A stretch of 64,000 nt of DNA from an uncultured delta proteobacterium (GTDB taxonomy: Bacteria; Myxococcota; Kuafuiibacteriia; Kuafuiibacteriales; Kuafuiibacteriaceae). Location of the stretch: NCBI GenBank assembly GCA_963803435.1, contig CAWDML010000003.1:1-64000 (forward strand), written 5' to 3'. The notes beneath the pieces were generated by a model, which worked only from the letters and a program-made list of their open reading frames with translations, was not told where the DNA came from and made no database searches. The first letter of the stretch is position 1; each line of letters opens with the position of its first letter. Position numbers and translations under genes: made by a program. This document shows positions 41,818 through 52,548 of the stretch, piece after piece.

Positions 41818-43878
41818 CTACTTGGCTTCGAGGATGATGTCGCCGTTGGTCGTTCGTACGCGGACCAGGCTCTTCCCGCTGCCGACCTGGCCGCGTGCCC
41901 GCACGTACCGCCTGGGTGAGCCGCCGCGCGAGTCCCAGCCGGTCTCCTCCTGCTCGAGGTGCCAGCCGCTCCGGATGCGGGACTTCCGGCCCGAGCCCTG
42001 CGTGTACGAGGTCTCGAGAATCGAAGGTGGCGTCGAGGCCGTCGGGCAGCTCGATCTTCACCTCTCCCGTGCCGGACGAGAGGTCGATCGTCTGCGGCTC
42101 GTCGGTCTTCAGGATGATCACGTGGACGTCGCCAGCGCCCGTGGAAGCGTGGACCGAACCGGCGATGGGTCCGATCGCGATGTCGCCTCCGCCCGTGGAG
42201 GCGTCCACCTTGCCGGCGCCCTCGCCGACGCTGATGTCGCCTCCGCCCGTGGAGAGCACGGCGCCCCTGGGCGCGGAATCGAGCTCCAAATCGCCGCCCG
42301 CGCTCTCCAGGTGCGGGATGCCGGCGCGCTCGAACGAGACCGGACCGCCTCCGGAGGTCCCCCTGAACTTGCCCTCCACGCGCTCGATGCGGACGGGGCC
42401 GCCGCCGGTGGTGACCTTGCCGTCGAGCACCGAGTCGAAGACGTGGACCTCGCCGCCGCCGGTCGAGAGATTCGCCTTCCCGTGGAGCCGGGCCAGCACA
42501 ATCGGTCCGCCGCCGGTGTTGCCCTCGAAGGTGCCCTCGAGATCCTGGAGCATGATGCCGCCGCCCGCCGAGCGCACGCGAACGTCGAACCGGCGGGGCG
42601 TGTGGATGACCAGGCGGCGCACGTTCGAACCCGTGCCGTTCGCGTCAGGCCGGAGGCGAACCCCCTGGTCGTCGCGCTCGAGGATCACGCTCGCGGCTCG
42701 GGTCTTTCGACCGCGCAGCTGGATCTCGGCGCTCACCCTGTCCTCGTCCCAGCCGGCCACTACCACGTCTCCTCCGGCGTCGAGCTCGAGCCTGAGGCGC
42801 TCGCCGGGCGCCGCCGCGACCTCGCGGACGACCACACCGGGGCCGGGCGTAAGGTGCGTGAGCTCGGGGACCGCTTCGACCTGGGTCGAGAGGCCGGCGA
42901 GCGGCACCAGCAGCAGGCCGAGCGCGAGCGTGCAGCCGGTCCGGACGACCGTCGAGATCGAATCGGCGGGAGCGCTCGTCGTCGAGCACGGCGTAGAGCC
43001 GCTCTTCGAGGTGAGACGGTCGCGCCATCGAGAGCGCCATTGCGCCGACGAAGCGCCGCCCGCCCGCCCCGCGGGCCACGTCGAGGAGGTGCTGTGCGTA
43101 GTCGGGCGCGGGCGTCCCGCCGTCGATGACACGGTCGTCGCACGCGTGCTCGCTCTCGTTGCGGAGCTGGCGCGCCGCCCACCACGCGAGCGGATGGAAC
43201 CAGTACACGGAGCAGGCAACGTGCGCGAGGAGCTGCGTCAGGTAATCGCGTCGAGCGATGTGGGCGAGCTCGTGCATCAGCACGACGCGCATCCAATCGA
43301 ATCCGCCACGACTCGGCCTCCGTCGGGAGCAGGATGACCGGGTGGAGCCAACCCCAGGTCACGGGGCCGCTCACCTCGGGGCTGAGCGCGATCGTCACGG
43401 TCTCGATGCCGTCGACGAGGTTGCCCAGGACGGATCGGCGCAGCGGGACCGCGCGCCTCCCCAGACGCGACAGGCCGAGATGGCCGATCAGGCACCGCGC
43501 GAGCAGCCCGATCGCGCCGAAGGCCCAGAAGACCCCCAGCATGACGCCGAGCGAGGGCCTGTGCGTCTGCCGGCCGGTCGCGCTCGGGTGAGGCGCTCGC
43601 ACGCGCGGCGCCGGGGCCGGCGACGCGATCGCCCGGGGACCTCCCGGCGGAGAGACGGGGAGCGCGGCGACCGCCGGCTTCGCCCAGAGCGCGCAGGCGG
43701 GGAGCTTCAACCTCAACCGGGGCGCGATCCCCGTGAAGAACGGCAGCGCCAGGACCGCGCCGAGCGTGAGCGCGAAGACGAAGTGGCGGACCGCCGCCGA
43801 TCGGTCGCGGAGCAAGAGCGCGATCGCCGCGCCCGCTCCCAGGAGCAGGGTGACCTTGGCCAGGAGCTCCATCATCAT
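41818..43878 (-). CDS. M56 (BlaR1-like) metallopeptidase with C-terminal DUF4097-like beta repeats (about 685 aa after three +1 corrections)
   Basis: SAAVRHFVF, GPVTWGWLHPVILLP, HELAHIARRD, YWFHPLAW and SEHACDD, then repeated STGGG(D/E)I units. Frameshifts at about 43300, 42961 and 42020. Confidence 0.88.
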
Positions 43879-44075
43879 CGACGTTTTCCTCCGCGGCGCT
43901 TGCGGCGCGCCTCTTCGATCATCTGGGAGAGACGCTTCAGCTCCTCGTCCGAGGGCGGCTCCTCGGGGACGCCGAGCATCGCAGCGACCGCCGATTCCAT
44001 CGCGTCGTTGAAGAACGTCTCGAGCAGGTGCTGCACCGCGCTCCGGCGCCCCCGCTCGGAGAGAGACTTGCTCAT
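43875..44075 (-). CDS. BlaI/MecI/CopY-family repressor lacking the winged-HTH domain
   Basis: The 66 aa contain only the dimerisation tail (RRSAVQHLLETFF..SAVAAML..SDEELKRL). Translationally coupled to the M56 gene. Confidence 0.75.
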   Translation of the reverse strand: MSKSLSERGRRSAVQHLLETFFNDAMESAVAAMLGVPEEPPSDEELKRLSQMIEEARRKRRGGKRR

Positions 44076-44095
44076 GACGGGGACCGATGCAGGTG

Positions 44096-44124
44096 GATTA
44101 GCACGGTGCTAATCAGTTAGCACC
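44096..44124. promoter_or_regulatory. Overlapping palindromic operator upstream of blaI-like gene
   Basis: GGTGCTAA-TCAG-TTAGCACC (44105-44124) overlapping GATTAGCAC-G-GTGCTAATC (44096-44114). Confidence 0.75.
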
Positions 44125-44139
44125 CGCCCGGTGGTGGCG

Positions 44140-45387
44140 TCAAGGGTGGAGGAGCTCGAACGTCAGCTCTCCGGCGAACGTCGGGCCTGCGATGATGAGA
44201 CCGTCGCCGAGCGGGGCGGCGGCCCAGATCTCCCGAATGCCCTCGAAGGACATGGGGCACTCCACCTCGCCGTCCGCCCAGCCAATCCGTCCCGAGTCGT
44301 CGGCGTAGAACAGGCCCCCGTCGTAGTCGGCGAGGACCTGAACCTGCGGGATCAAGCCGATGTCGAGGGTCTCCCAGCGCCCGGGGCCTCGATAGGCGTA
44401 GACCTCGCCGGTGGTCGAGCCTGTGACCAGGGGCCCGAGCCGGCTCGCGAGCGCGGTGCCGAAGGAGAACTCGACCGACTCGGGCACATCCTGGTTCGCG
44501 GCCGCGCCGTCCCATCGCCAGATCGAGTTGATCACTCCGGCGGAGGCGGCCACCTGGCCCGGGCCCAGCCAGAGGACACCGCCCTTGGAGAACGTGAACC
44601 CGGGGAGCTCGAGCTGCGCGAGGTGCTCGACCTTGGTGCCGTCGAAGAGATGGACGTCGCCCCTGTTCGATAGCATCGCAATCTGCATCGACTCGCCGAC
44701 GTCAATCCACCGGAGGTAGTCGTCGGCCGGGAAGTCGACAATCGGCTCGAAGCGGAGGGGCCCGAGCTCGACGCGGAGCAGCGCGTCCCGGGTGGCGATG
44801 ACCGCACCGGAGGGACCGCGTGCGGCGGTGCGGACGTCGGCGAGCGTCGCGGTCTCGACAATCACGCCCTCCACGTCGATGCGCATGAGCTCGTCGTTGG
44901 CGCCGATCAGCGCGGTCCCGTCGTCGAGCGCGACCGTGATCGGGAAGTGGTCCGAAGCCGTGCGGCGAACGGGCTGATTCTCCAGCTGGGGACAGCGCTC
45001 CGCGTGGGGCGTTCCGTACGGCTCGAGCACGGCGGGGCGATCGCTCTGCTCCGTCCACCCGTCGAGCCGCCCCTCGCGAAGCTCTGCCGTGAAGTACGCG
45101 CCCGGCGGGAGCGGATCCCGCGGGGGTGCGATCGGCGCCAGGCGCCCCGGCGAGAGCCCGGGCGGGCGCACCGCGTAGACCGCAGCGGTCAGCGTGGCGG
45201 CGTCCTCGAAGGCGCGCGAGAGCCGGATCGCCGGTGTATCGAGATCGAAGACCTCGACGCTGACGTCTTCGCCGGACTTGGTCGCGAGGACCATCAGCTC
45301 GCCGTCTGCAGGAAACGGCAAGCGCTCGATCGCACCGACGCTGCACGCCGAGCAGAAGAGCGCGGGGATCATCCAGCGTGTCGTCAC
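44140..45387 (-). CDS. Hypothetical lipoprotein, probable beta-propeller (paralogue of 16936..18249)
   Basis: Lipobox FCSAC; shares the PGRL..DP(L/I)P and FTA(E/D) pattern with the 16936 protein. Confidence 0.7.
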   Translation of the reverse strand: MTTRWMIPALFCSACSVGAIERLPFPADGELMVLATKSGEDVSVEVFDLDTPAIRLSRAFEDAATLTAAVYAVRPPGLSPGRLAPIAPPRDPLPPGAYFTAELREGRLDGWTEQSDRPAVLEPYGTPHAERCPQLENQPVRRTASDHFPITVALDDGTALIGANDELMRIDVEGVIVETATLADVRTAARGPSGAVIATRDALLRVELGPLRFEPIVDFPADDYLRWIDVGESMQIAMLSNRGDVHLFDGTKVEHLAQLELPGFTFSKGGVLWLGPGQVAASAGVINSIWRWDGAAANQDVPESVEFSFGTALASRLGPLVTGSTTGEVYAYRGPGRWETLDIGLIPQVQVLADYDGGLFYADDSGRIGWADGEVECPMSFEGIREIWAAAPLGDGLIIAGPTFAGELTFELLHP

Positions 45388-45470
45388 GATCCGTCCGCGG
45401 GCCGAGATCGATCTTGACCGGTCTCCTCCGCCCCGTCCAGGCGCGGTTACCACCCGCGGATATCGCGGAA

Positions 45471-45565
45471 GTTCAGTTGAGATCCGAGAGTGTCGGCTGC
45501 GACCTGAAGACTGTCGACGCGGGCCTGCGCCCGCACGATCCCGACTGAACCTCGAGCGTTCGAGG
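45471..45565. other. Intergenic multi-stem inverted-repeat structure (candidate ncRNA or MITE)
   Basis: GTTCAGTTGAGATC (45471-84) pairs with GATCCCGACTGAAC (45537-50) around internal stems, followed by a CCTCGA/TCGAGG hairpin. Confidence 0.4.
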
Positions 45566-45575
45566 CGCAGCTTCG

Positions 45576-46163
45576 CTAAAAGTAGTACTGTCCGGTGATC
45601 CCGACGCGGAAGTTCTCGATGCGGATGAAGTCGCCCAGCTTGAAGTCGGGCTTATCGATGTTCCGGAGCATCGTCGATTTGATCGAGCCGACCCCGGGGA
45701 CGATGGTCGTGAACTCAGCGCCCACCGCGAACTTGTCCCGGAGGTAGACCTCGAACCCGCCGCCGAAGTGGTAGGTGTTGGTAGGTGACGTGAGTGTGAT
45801 CAGGTCCTTCAGGTGCGAGCCTCCGTAGCCGGCCTTCAGGTAAATGCCGAAGCGCTCCGCGTGGACGGGATAGAGCATCGCGCTCACGCGGTAGGCGCTG
45901 GCGAAGACCAGCTGGGTGTCGCCGTCCCACCCCTGCTTGGGCGCATAGCCGAGCTCGAGGGCCACGTAGCGCAGGATCTGGAGGCGGAGGCTGAGGGTGG
46001 CGCCGAACGACCCATCGGTGTCGGCGCGGTAGTCGCGCACGCGCTCGTAGCTGACAGAGGAGCCGAGGCCGACCGTGAAGAGAGAGTACGTGCCGGCATC
46101 GGCGGTCGCGGGCAAGAGCAGGAGAACTGGAATGACCGCCGTCGCGGCGGTGAGGCCCCTCAT
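45576..46163 (-). CDS. Small outer membrane beta-barrel protein
   Basis: Signal peptide, alternating beta strands and C-terminal GQYYF aromatic motif. Confidence 0.7.
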   Translation of the reverse strand: MRGLTAATAVIPVLLLLPATADAGTYSLFTVGLGSSVSYERVRDYRADTDGSFGATLSLRLQILRYVALELGYAPKQGWDGDTQLVFASAYRVSAMLYPVHAERFGIYLKAGYGGSHLKDLITLTSPTNTYHFGGGFEVYLRDKFAVGAEFTTIVPGVGSIKSTMLRNIDKPDFKLGDFIRIENFRVGITGQYYF

Positions 46164-46199
46164 ACCGAGGGAACCGACCGGTCGCCGTCGCGCTGAAGG

Positions 46200-46973
<774 letters not shown>

Positions 46974-46986
46974 CTCTCCTCCTGAC

Positions 46987-49482
46987 TCAGTCGACCGTGA
47001 TCGACTTGGAAACGTTCTTGGGGACGTCCGGATGGACGCCGTGGTTGGGGAGGCCGATCCAATCGAGGTAGGCCCTCTTCTTCGAGCTCATCTTCAGCGC
47101 CAGCCGCTGAAGGGCGATCGTGGCGGTGAACACGGTCATGAGCGTGTCCTCGGTGCCGGGGAGCGTGACGTAGACGGACCGATACCCGGCGTTGCCCGCG
47201 GGCGCCTTGCTGGAGGCGCCCCGCAGGGCTGCGCTCTCCTCGGCGATCACGACGGTGGTCGCCCCCCGGATCTTGTGCGTGTTGATCTGCGAGACGGTGA
47301 GCGCCACGTCCCGCGGATCGGGGCCGGTGATGAACACCAGCGGATAGTCGCGGTGGAGCGCCCCGAACGCGGCCTCGCGATCGAGCGCTGCGCCGATGGC
47401 CGCGCGGTCGGCCTCGGAGAGCCGCTCGAACGCGCCCGGATCGAAGAGCGAGGTCACCAGCGCTCCGCCGAGCCGCGGGTCATCGAGCCGGTCGAGCGAC
47501 CGCGCCAGCTCGGCGAGCAGCGACGCGATCTGGGACGGTCCGAACAGCGTGTTGCGCCCCAGGATGGTGTTCGGACCGTGCTTGAACTCGGAGCCCTCGA
47601 ACCCTTCGGTGTGGTTGAGCACGACCTCGCGCAGCTTGAGCGCGCCCTCCTTCGCCACCGCGTACAGCCGCGTGGCCAGGAGGTGCATGCTCGGCGTCAG
47701 GTAGAGCAGGGCGGCGGCCTCCTCGAGCGCGCCGTCGGTCTCGACGATCGTCCTCCGGATCAGCGCAGGGATCCGATCCCAGGTGGCGATGCGCGCGCCC
47801 ACGTCCCGGCCGCGCCGCTGAGCGAGCCGCACGGCCAGGCAGTAGAAGACGCAGAGCTGATTGATGAAGCTCTTGGTGGCGGGCACCGCGATCTCGGGCC
47901 CGCAGCGGAGCGGGATGACCAGCTCGCTCTTCTCCTGGGCCAGCGTGGAGTTGAGGTTGTTGACCAGCGCCACCCGGCCGATCGGGAGGCCGGTCTCGAT
48001 CACCATGTTGACGACGTCGATCAGATCCTTGGTCTCGCCGCTCTGACTGACCGCGATGAAGAGATCATGCGGCCGCAGGCAGGCGGCGTACTGGCCGCGG
48101 AACTCGCCCGGGAGCAGCGCCAGGACCTCCACACCGGCCAGGTCGTTGAAGAACAAGCACGCCGCCTTGGCCGCGTGAAAGGAGGTGCCGCAGCAGACCA
48201 GGTAGATCCGCCCGCCGTGCTCCACGGTCTCGAGGCAGCGCGCGCAGAGCAGGTCGATCGCTGCCCCCGCCTCGTCGATCTCGGCACCTTCAATCAGCGC
48301 GTCGAGCACACGGGTGGCGAGGACGCCGTCGGGACCGACGTCCATCGCCGCCAAGTCGCCGAGGAGCTCGCTGTCCTGGGAGCACAGCTCGCCAGCCTCC
48401 GCACGGAAGGTCTCCGGGACCCGGTCGAGGAGCGCCCGGAGCGCGGGGAGCTCGAGCAGGCGGAGGAAGCGGGTCCGGGTGGCGGCGTCGTCGAGCTGCT
48501 CCCGCACCGACTCGAAGGCGGCCTCGACCTCCGCGGCCTCGGCCCCGAGCTCACCGCCGCGGCGGAGCGCGCGGAGCGCCCGGGAGCCGCCGGAGAAGAT
48601 GCGGATGACGTCGCGAGAGGTGGCCTCCTGGGCGTCGATCTCCTGCTCCATGAAGGTGGTGAAGGGAAAGGCGAGCCCGGTGTCCTTGGCGCGCAGGCGG
48701 GAGCGGACCGGCTTCATCTCCTTCTCGACGCCGTCCATCGTGTAGAGCTGGTAGCCGTCCGGATCGAACTCGACGAACTCACCCTCGTGCATGGGGACGA
48801 GAACGCGCGTGAGCCGCAGGACCGCTGAGAGATCGGAGGAGGCGATCGCAAAGCGGCCCCCGATCGGGTCCTCGCCGAAGCCGAAGTAGAGGCTCGACCC
48901 ACGCTTGATCGCGAACAGCGTCCGGCTCTTGGGATCCACCACCACCGCGGCGTACGATCCGACCAGCTTCCTGGACGCCTCCACCACCGCCGAGCGGAGG
49001 GCGGTGCGGCGTTGCGACGGATCGTTCGGGTCAGCGAGCGCCTTCAGGCGAGCGGCGAAGAAGTGCTCGACCGTGTGAACGACCATCTCGCCGTCGTTGT
49101 CCGAGAGCACCTCGTGGCCCTCAGCGCGGAGCCAGCGCTGGAGCTCGTCGCAGTTGGTGACGTTGCCGTTGTGCGCCCCGTACAGGTGCGTGCGGCAGTG
49201 GACCACGTGCGGCTGCGAGTTCGCGCGATCGACCGCGCCGAAGGTGGCCCACCGCACCTGTCCGCACAGGATCTGTCCGCCCAGCTTCACGATGCCGAGC
49301 CGCTCCACCATCACGCTGGGGGCGCCGACGTCCTTCCTGAGCTCGACCTCCTCGCCGTCGCCCTGGATCGCGGCACCGGTGGAGTCGTAGCCCCGGTACT
49401 CCAGCGTCCGCAGGAGCTCTCCTGCGATCCGGCCGAGATCGGCGCGCCCGCGCTCGTAGATCAAACCGATGACACCGCACAT
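46987..49482 (-). CDS. glmS: Glutamine-fructose-6-phosphate amidotransferase-like protein (831 aa, with two insertions)
   Basis: MCGVIG start, EYRGYDS, RWAT, HNG, CGTSFHA, SQSGETKD, PATKS, EFKHGP and KNVSKSITVD. Confidence 0.85.
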   Translation of the reverse strand: MCGVIGLIYERGRADLGRIAGELLRTLEYRGYDSTGAAIQGDGEEVELRKDVGAPSVMVERLGIVKLGGQILCGQVRWATFGAVDRANSQPHVVHCRTHLYGAHNGNVTNCDELQRWLRAEGHEVLSDNDGEMVVHTVEHFFAARLKALADPNDPSQRRTALRSAVVEASRKLVGSYAAVVVDPKSRTLFAIKRGSSLYFGFGEDPIGGRFAIASSDLSAVLRLTRVLVPMHEGEFVEFDPDGYQLYTMDGVEKEMKPVRSRLRAKDTGLAFPFTTFMEQEIDAQEATSRDVIRIFSGGSRALRALRRGGELGAEAAEVEAAFESVREQLDDAATRTRFLRLLELPALRALLDRVPETFRAEAGELCSQDSELLGDLAAMDVGPDGVLATRVLDALIEGAEIDEAGAAIDLLCARCLETVEHGGRIYLVCCGTSFHAAKAACLFFNDLAGVEVLALLPGEFRGQYAACLRPHDLFIAVSQSGETKDLIDVVNMVIETGLPIGRVALVNNLNSTLAQEKSELVIPLRCGPEIAVPATKSFINQLCVFYCLAVRLAQRRGRDVGARIATWDRIPALIRRTIVETDGALEEAAALLYLTPSMHLLATRLYAVAKEGALKLREVVLNHTEGFEGSEFKHGPNTILGRNTLFGPSQIASLLAELARSLDRLDDPRLGGALVTSLFDPGAFERLSEADRAAIGAALDREAAFGALHRDYPLVFITGPDPRDVALTVSQINTHKIRGATTVVIAEESAALRGASSKAPAGNAGYRSVYVTLPGTEDTLMTVFTATIALQRLALKMSSKKRAYLDWIGLPNHGVHPDVPKNVSKSITVD

Positions 49483-49581
49483 GGGGGACTGCGGCGGATT
49501 CCTAAAGGCAAAGCCGTCGATCCTCAAGCGCCGTCGTCCGGTGCGGGTTGGCCCCTCGACCGGGTGCGGTAAGATGGCGCG

Positions 49582-51207
49582 TTGGCTCCAGCCGAGCTGA
49601 TCGTTTCGGCGGTCATTCCGCTCCTGGTGGCGCTCCTGAACCTGCTGGTGGCGGGCTACGCGCTCACCGCCGGGCTCAGGGAGCGTCGCAAGCTGGCTTT
49701 CGCGGCCGGGCCGGGCGGTGTCGGCCTGTGGGCGCTGGCGTGGTTCATCTCGGTCTTCAATCCGGAGGCCCTCGACAACATGCGCGTCCTCGGCACCGTG
49801 GGAGGCTTGATCGGGATGGCCGGGTTCGCGACCGATGCGCTCCTCGAGCTGCCACGGCGACCCGCGCTCCGGCTGCTGGCGGCGGGCGCAGCGCTGGCGC
49901 TGCTCGCGGCCGGCGCGATCTTCGTCTTCCGAGAGACGCCGCTCGGGCGGCGCTACGAGATCGATCTCTTCGGCGCCGCCTCGCGAGCGGCGACGATGGC
50001 CGCGACCGCGGTGGTGCTGGCGGCCCGCTGGCTCGAGCGCCGAGACCCCGATCCGTCGCGCCGGCGGATGGCGAGGTGGAGCCTGCTCTCGGCGCTCGTC
50101 ACCGGAGTGGCGTTCGTCGCGTTCACGCTGGCTGCGCTCTCCGGCGCGCACGCGTTCGTTGATCCGCTCCTGTTCGTCGTGCTGCTGGCCGAGCTGTTCG
50201 CGCTCGCGTACATCGTGACCGGGCGGATCGATGTCCACCTGCTCCTGTCGCGGGCGGTGACGTACTCGGGTCTCGCGATCTTGGTGGCGGCGGTGGCGGC
50301 GCTCGTGTACGCCGAGCTGGGCTATGCGATCGATCTGGTGGTGGTGGGCGTGACGGTGGCGACCTCGCTGATGGCAGCCGCGCTGTTCATGGGCCTCTCG
50401 GAGCCCATCACGCGGGGCGTGGGCCGCCTGATGTTTCCCGAGCACGCGAAGATCGAGACGGCCCTGGCGGCGTCGAAGGGCGAGCTCTCCGCCCTGCGCC
50501 AGCGGCTGGCGCGCGTGGAGAAGCTGGCGATCGCGGGGGAGCTGGCGGCGTCGGTCGCCCACGAGATCAAGAATCCGCTGGCGCCGATCAAGGGCTACGC
50601 GCAGCTGCTGGAGGAGAAGCTCCCGCTGCTGCCCGAGGACGAGCGCGCCGTCTTCGCGAAGGGGCTCCGCATCATCCGCGAGGAGACCGAGCGGATCGAC
50701 CGGCGCGTGGCGGAGCTGCTCGACATGGCGCGATCGGACCGGGCCGGCGCGAGCATCGACGAGCGCTTCGAGCTCAACCGCGTCGTGATCGAGGCAGCCG
50801 CGGTGGCGGAGGGCGAGCCGGGTCTGCTTCGCCTGGAGCGCAGGCTCGATCCCGCGCTGGGGCTGGTGGCCGGGAACGCCGACGAGATGCGCGGGGCGCT
50901 GCTCAACCTGATGAAGAACGCAGCCGAGGCCAAGGACGGGGCCACCCTCGAGGTGATCACGCGGCGGGAGGGCGAGCGCGCGATCATCGAGATCACCGAC
51001 GACGGTCCAGGCATCCCGCCCGAAGCCGCGGAGCGGGTGTTCCAGGCCTTCTACACCACGAAGTCCGGCGGGACCGGTCTGGGGCTCGCGATCGCGAAGA
51101 GCGCGGTGGAGGCTGCGGGCGGGACGATCGCGTTCTCGCCGCGCACCGGTGGCGGGACGGTGGCGCGGATCGAGCTGGCCCTCGAGGAGGGGCGTTCGGA
51201 TGGATGA
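49582..51207 (+). CDS. Membrane sensor histidine kinase
   Basis: Multiple TM helices, VAHEIKNPL, NLMKNA, DDGPG and GTGLGL. Confidence 0.9.
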   Translation: MAPAELIVSAVIPLLVALLNLLVAGYALTAGLRERRKLAFAAGPGGVGLWALAWFISVFNPEALDNMRVLGTVGGLIGMAGFATDALLELPRRPALRLLAAGAALALLAAGAIFVFRETPLGRRYEIDLFGAASRAATMAATAVVLAARWLERRDPDPSRRRMARWSLLSALVTGVAFVAFTLAALSGAHAFVDPLLFVVLLAELFALAYIVTGRIDVHLLLSRAVTYSGLAILVAAVAALVYAELGYAIDLVVVGVTVATSLMAAALFMGLSEPITRGVGRLMFPEHAKIETALAASKGELSALRQRLARVEKLAIAGELAASVAHEIKNPLAPIKGYAQLLEEKLPLLPEDERAVFAKGLRIIREETERIDRRVAELLDMARSDRAGASIDERFELNRVVIEAAAVAEGEPGLLRLERRLDPALGLVAGNADEMRGALLNLMKNAAEAKDGATLEVITRREGERAIIEITDDGPGIPPEAAERVFQAFYTTKSGGTGLGLAIAKSAVEAAGGTIAFSPRTGGGTVARIELALEEGRSDG

Positions 51208-52547
51208 AGTGCTGATCGTCGAGGACGAGGCGAACCTGCGCGAGCTGATGACCGATCTCCTCCGGGAGCATCCGGTCGCGCTCTCGACGGCCGCCTCCCT
51301 GGAAGAGGCGCGGGCGCGCCTGGCCGCGCACCAGCCGGATCTGTTGCTCCTCGACCTGAAGCTCCCCGACGGCGACGGGCTCGACCTGCTGGCCGAGGTC
51401 CGCGCCCGCGGGACGATGTCGCCAGCGATCATCATCACCGCGTTCGGGACCGTGGAGCGCGCCGCGGCGGCGATGCGGGCCGGCGCCTGCGACTTCCTGG
51501 TCAAGCCGTTCGATCGGACCCGCTTCGTCACCGCGGTCCTGGGCGCGCTCGAGACCGGCCGCCGCTTCGAGGACGTCGAGCTTTCGGCGGGTGAGCTGGT
51601 GGGCGCCGGCGGCGGGCTCCGCCAGGTGGTCGCGCTGCTGTCCCGCGTGGCGGTCACCGACGCGACCGTGCTGATCCAGGGCGAGTCCGGGACGGGCAAG
51701 GAGCTGATCGCACGGGCACTCCATCAGAGCTCGCCGCGGCTCGACGGCCCATTTGTCTCGATCAACTGCTCCGCGATCGCGCCCACACTCCTCGAGTCCG
51801 AGCTGTTCGGCTTCGAGCGCGGCGCGTTCACCGGGGCGCACGCGCAGCGCAAGGGGCTGGTGGAGGCGGCCCAGCAGGGGACGCTGTTCCTCGACGAGAT
51901 CGGCGACATGCCGCTCGAGGCCCAGGCCAAGCTTCTGCGCGTGCTCCAGGAGCGCGAGATCATGCGGATCGGAGGTCGGGCGCCGGTCTCCGTCGACGTC
52001 CGGGTCATCGCCGCCACGCACCGCGATCTGGCGAGGCTGGTGGAGGAGGGCCGCTTTCGGCAGGACCTCCTCTATCGTCTCGACGTGGTCCCGATCCGGG
52101 TGCCGCCGCTGCGCGAACGCAGGCAGGATCTCCCGGGCCTCGTCGACCACTTCCTGGCCCGCCACGCGGACCGCCACGGCGTGCGCGCGCCGAGCGTTTC
52201 GCGCGAGACGATGGAGCGCCTCAGGCAGCACGCCTGGCCAGGCAACGTGCGGGAGCTCCAGAACCTGTGCGAGCGCGCGGTGATCATGGGTGCCTTCGAC
52301 CTCACCTCGCTCGATCCGGTGCGGTCGTCGGAGACCTCGACGGTGTCGGTCGACCCCGAGCCTCTCGCCGAGGTGAAGCCGCTGCGCCAGGCGGTCCAGG
52401 AGGCGGAGCGCCGGGCGGTGGTGGCGGCGCTGCGGGCGGCCCAAGGCAACAAGGCGCAGGCGGCCCGATTGCTCGGCGTCAGCTACAAGACGTTGTTCAA
52501 CAAGATCCACGAACATGAGATTCAAGGAAGCGGTCTCGATCGATTGA
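51200..52547 (+). CDS. Sigma-54-dependent response regulator (NtrC family); true stop probably 52547 after correcting +1 at about 52521
   Basis: Receiver domain, GESGTGKE, GAFTGA, LFLDEIGD, WPGNVREL and a Fis-type HTH. Confidence 0.92.
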
Positions 52548-52548
52548 G

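Noticed and set aside
42130-42570. Repeated ATGTCGCCTCCGCCCGTGGAG-like units as a possible CRISPR or DNA repeat array
   Set aside because: They encode STGGGDI protein repeats within the M56 gene; there are no cas genes or regular spacers.
45495-45510. TCAGGTC-GCAGCC on the minus strand resembling SRP RNA domain IV
   Set aside because: The GGAA tetraloop hairpin required between these segments is absent.
49483-51699. Apparent 739-aa N-terminal extension of GlmS (1570-aa track ORF)
   Set aside because: Antisense to the kinase and regulator genes; the amidotransferase needs the Met-Cys start at 49482.
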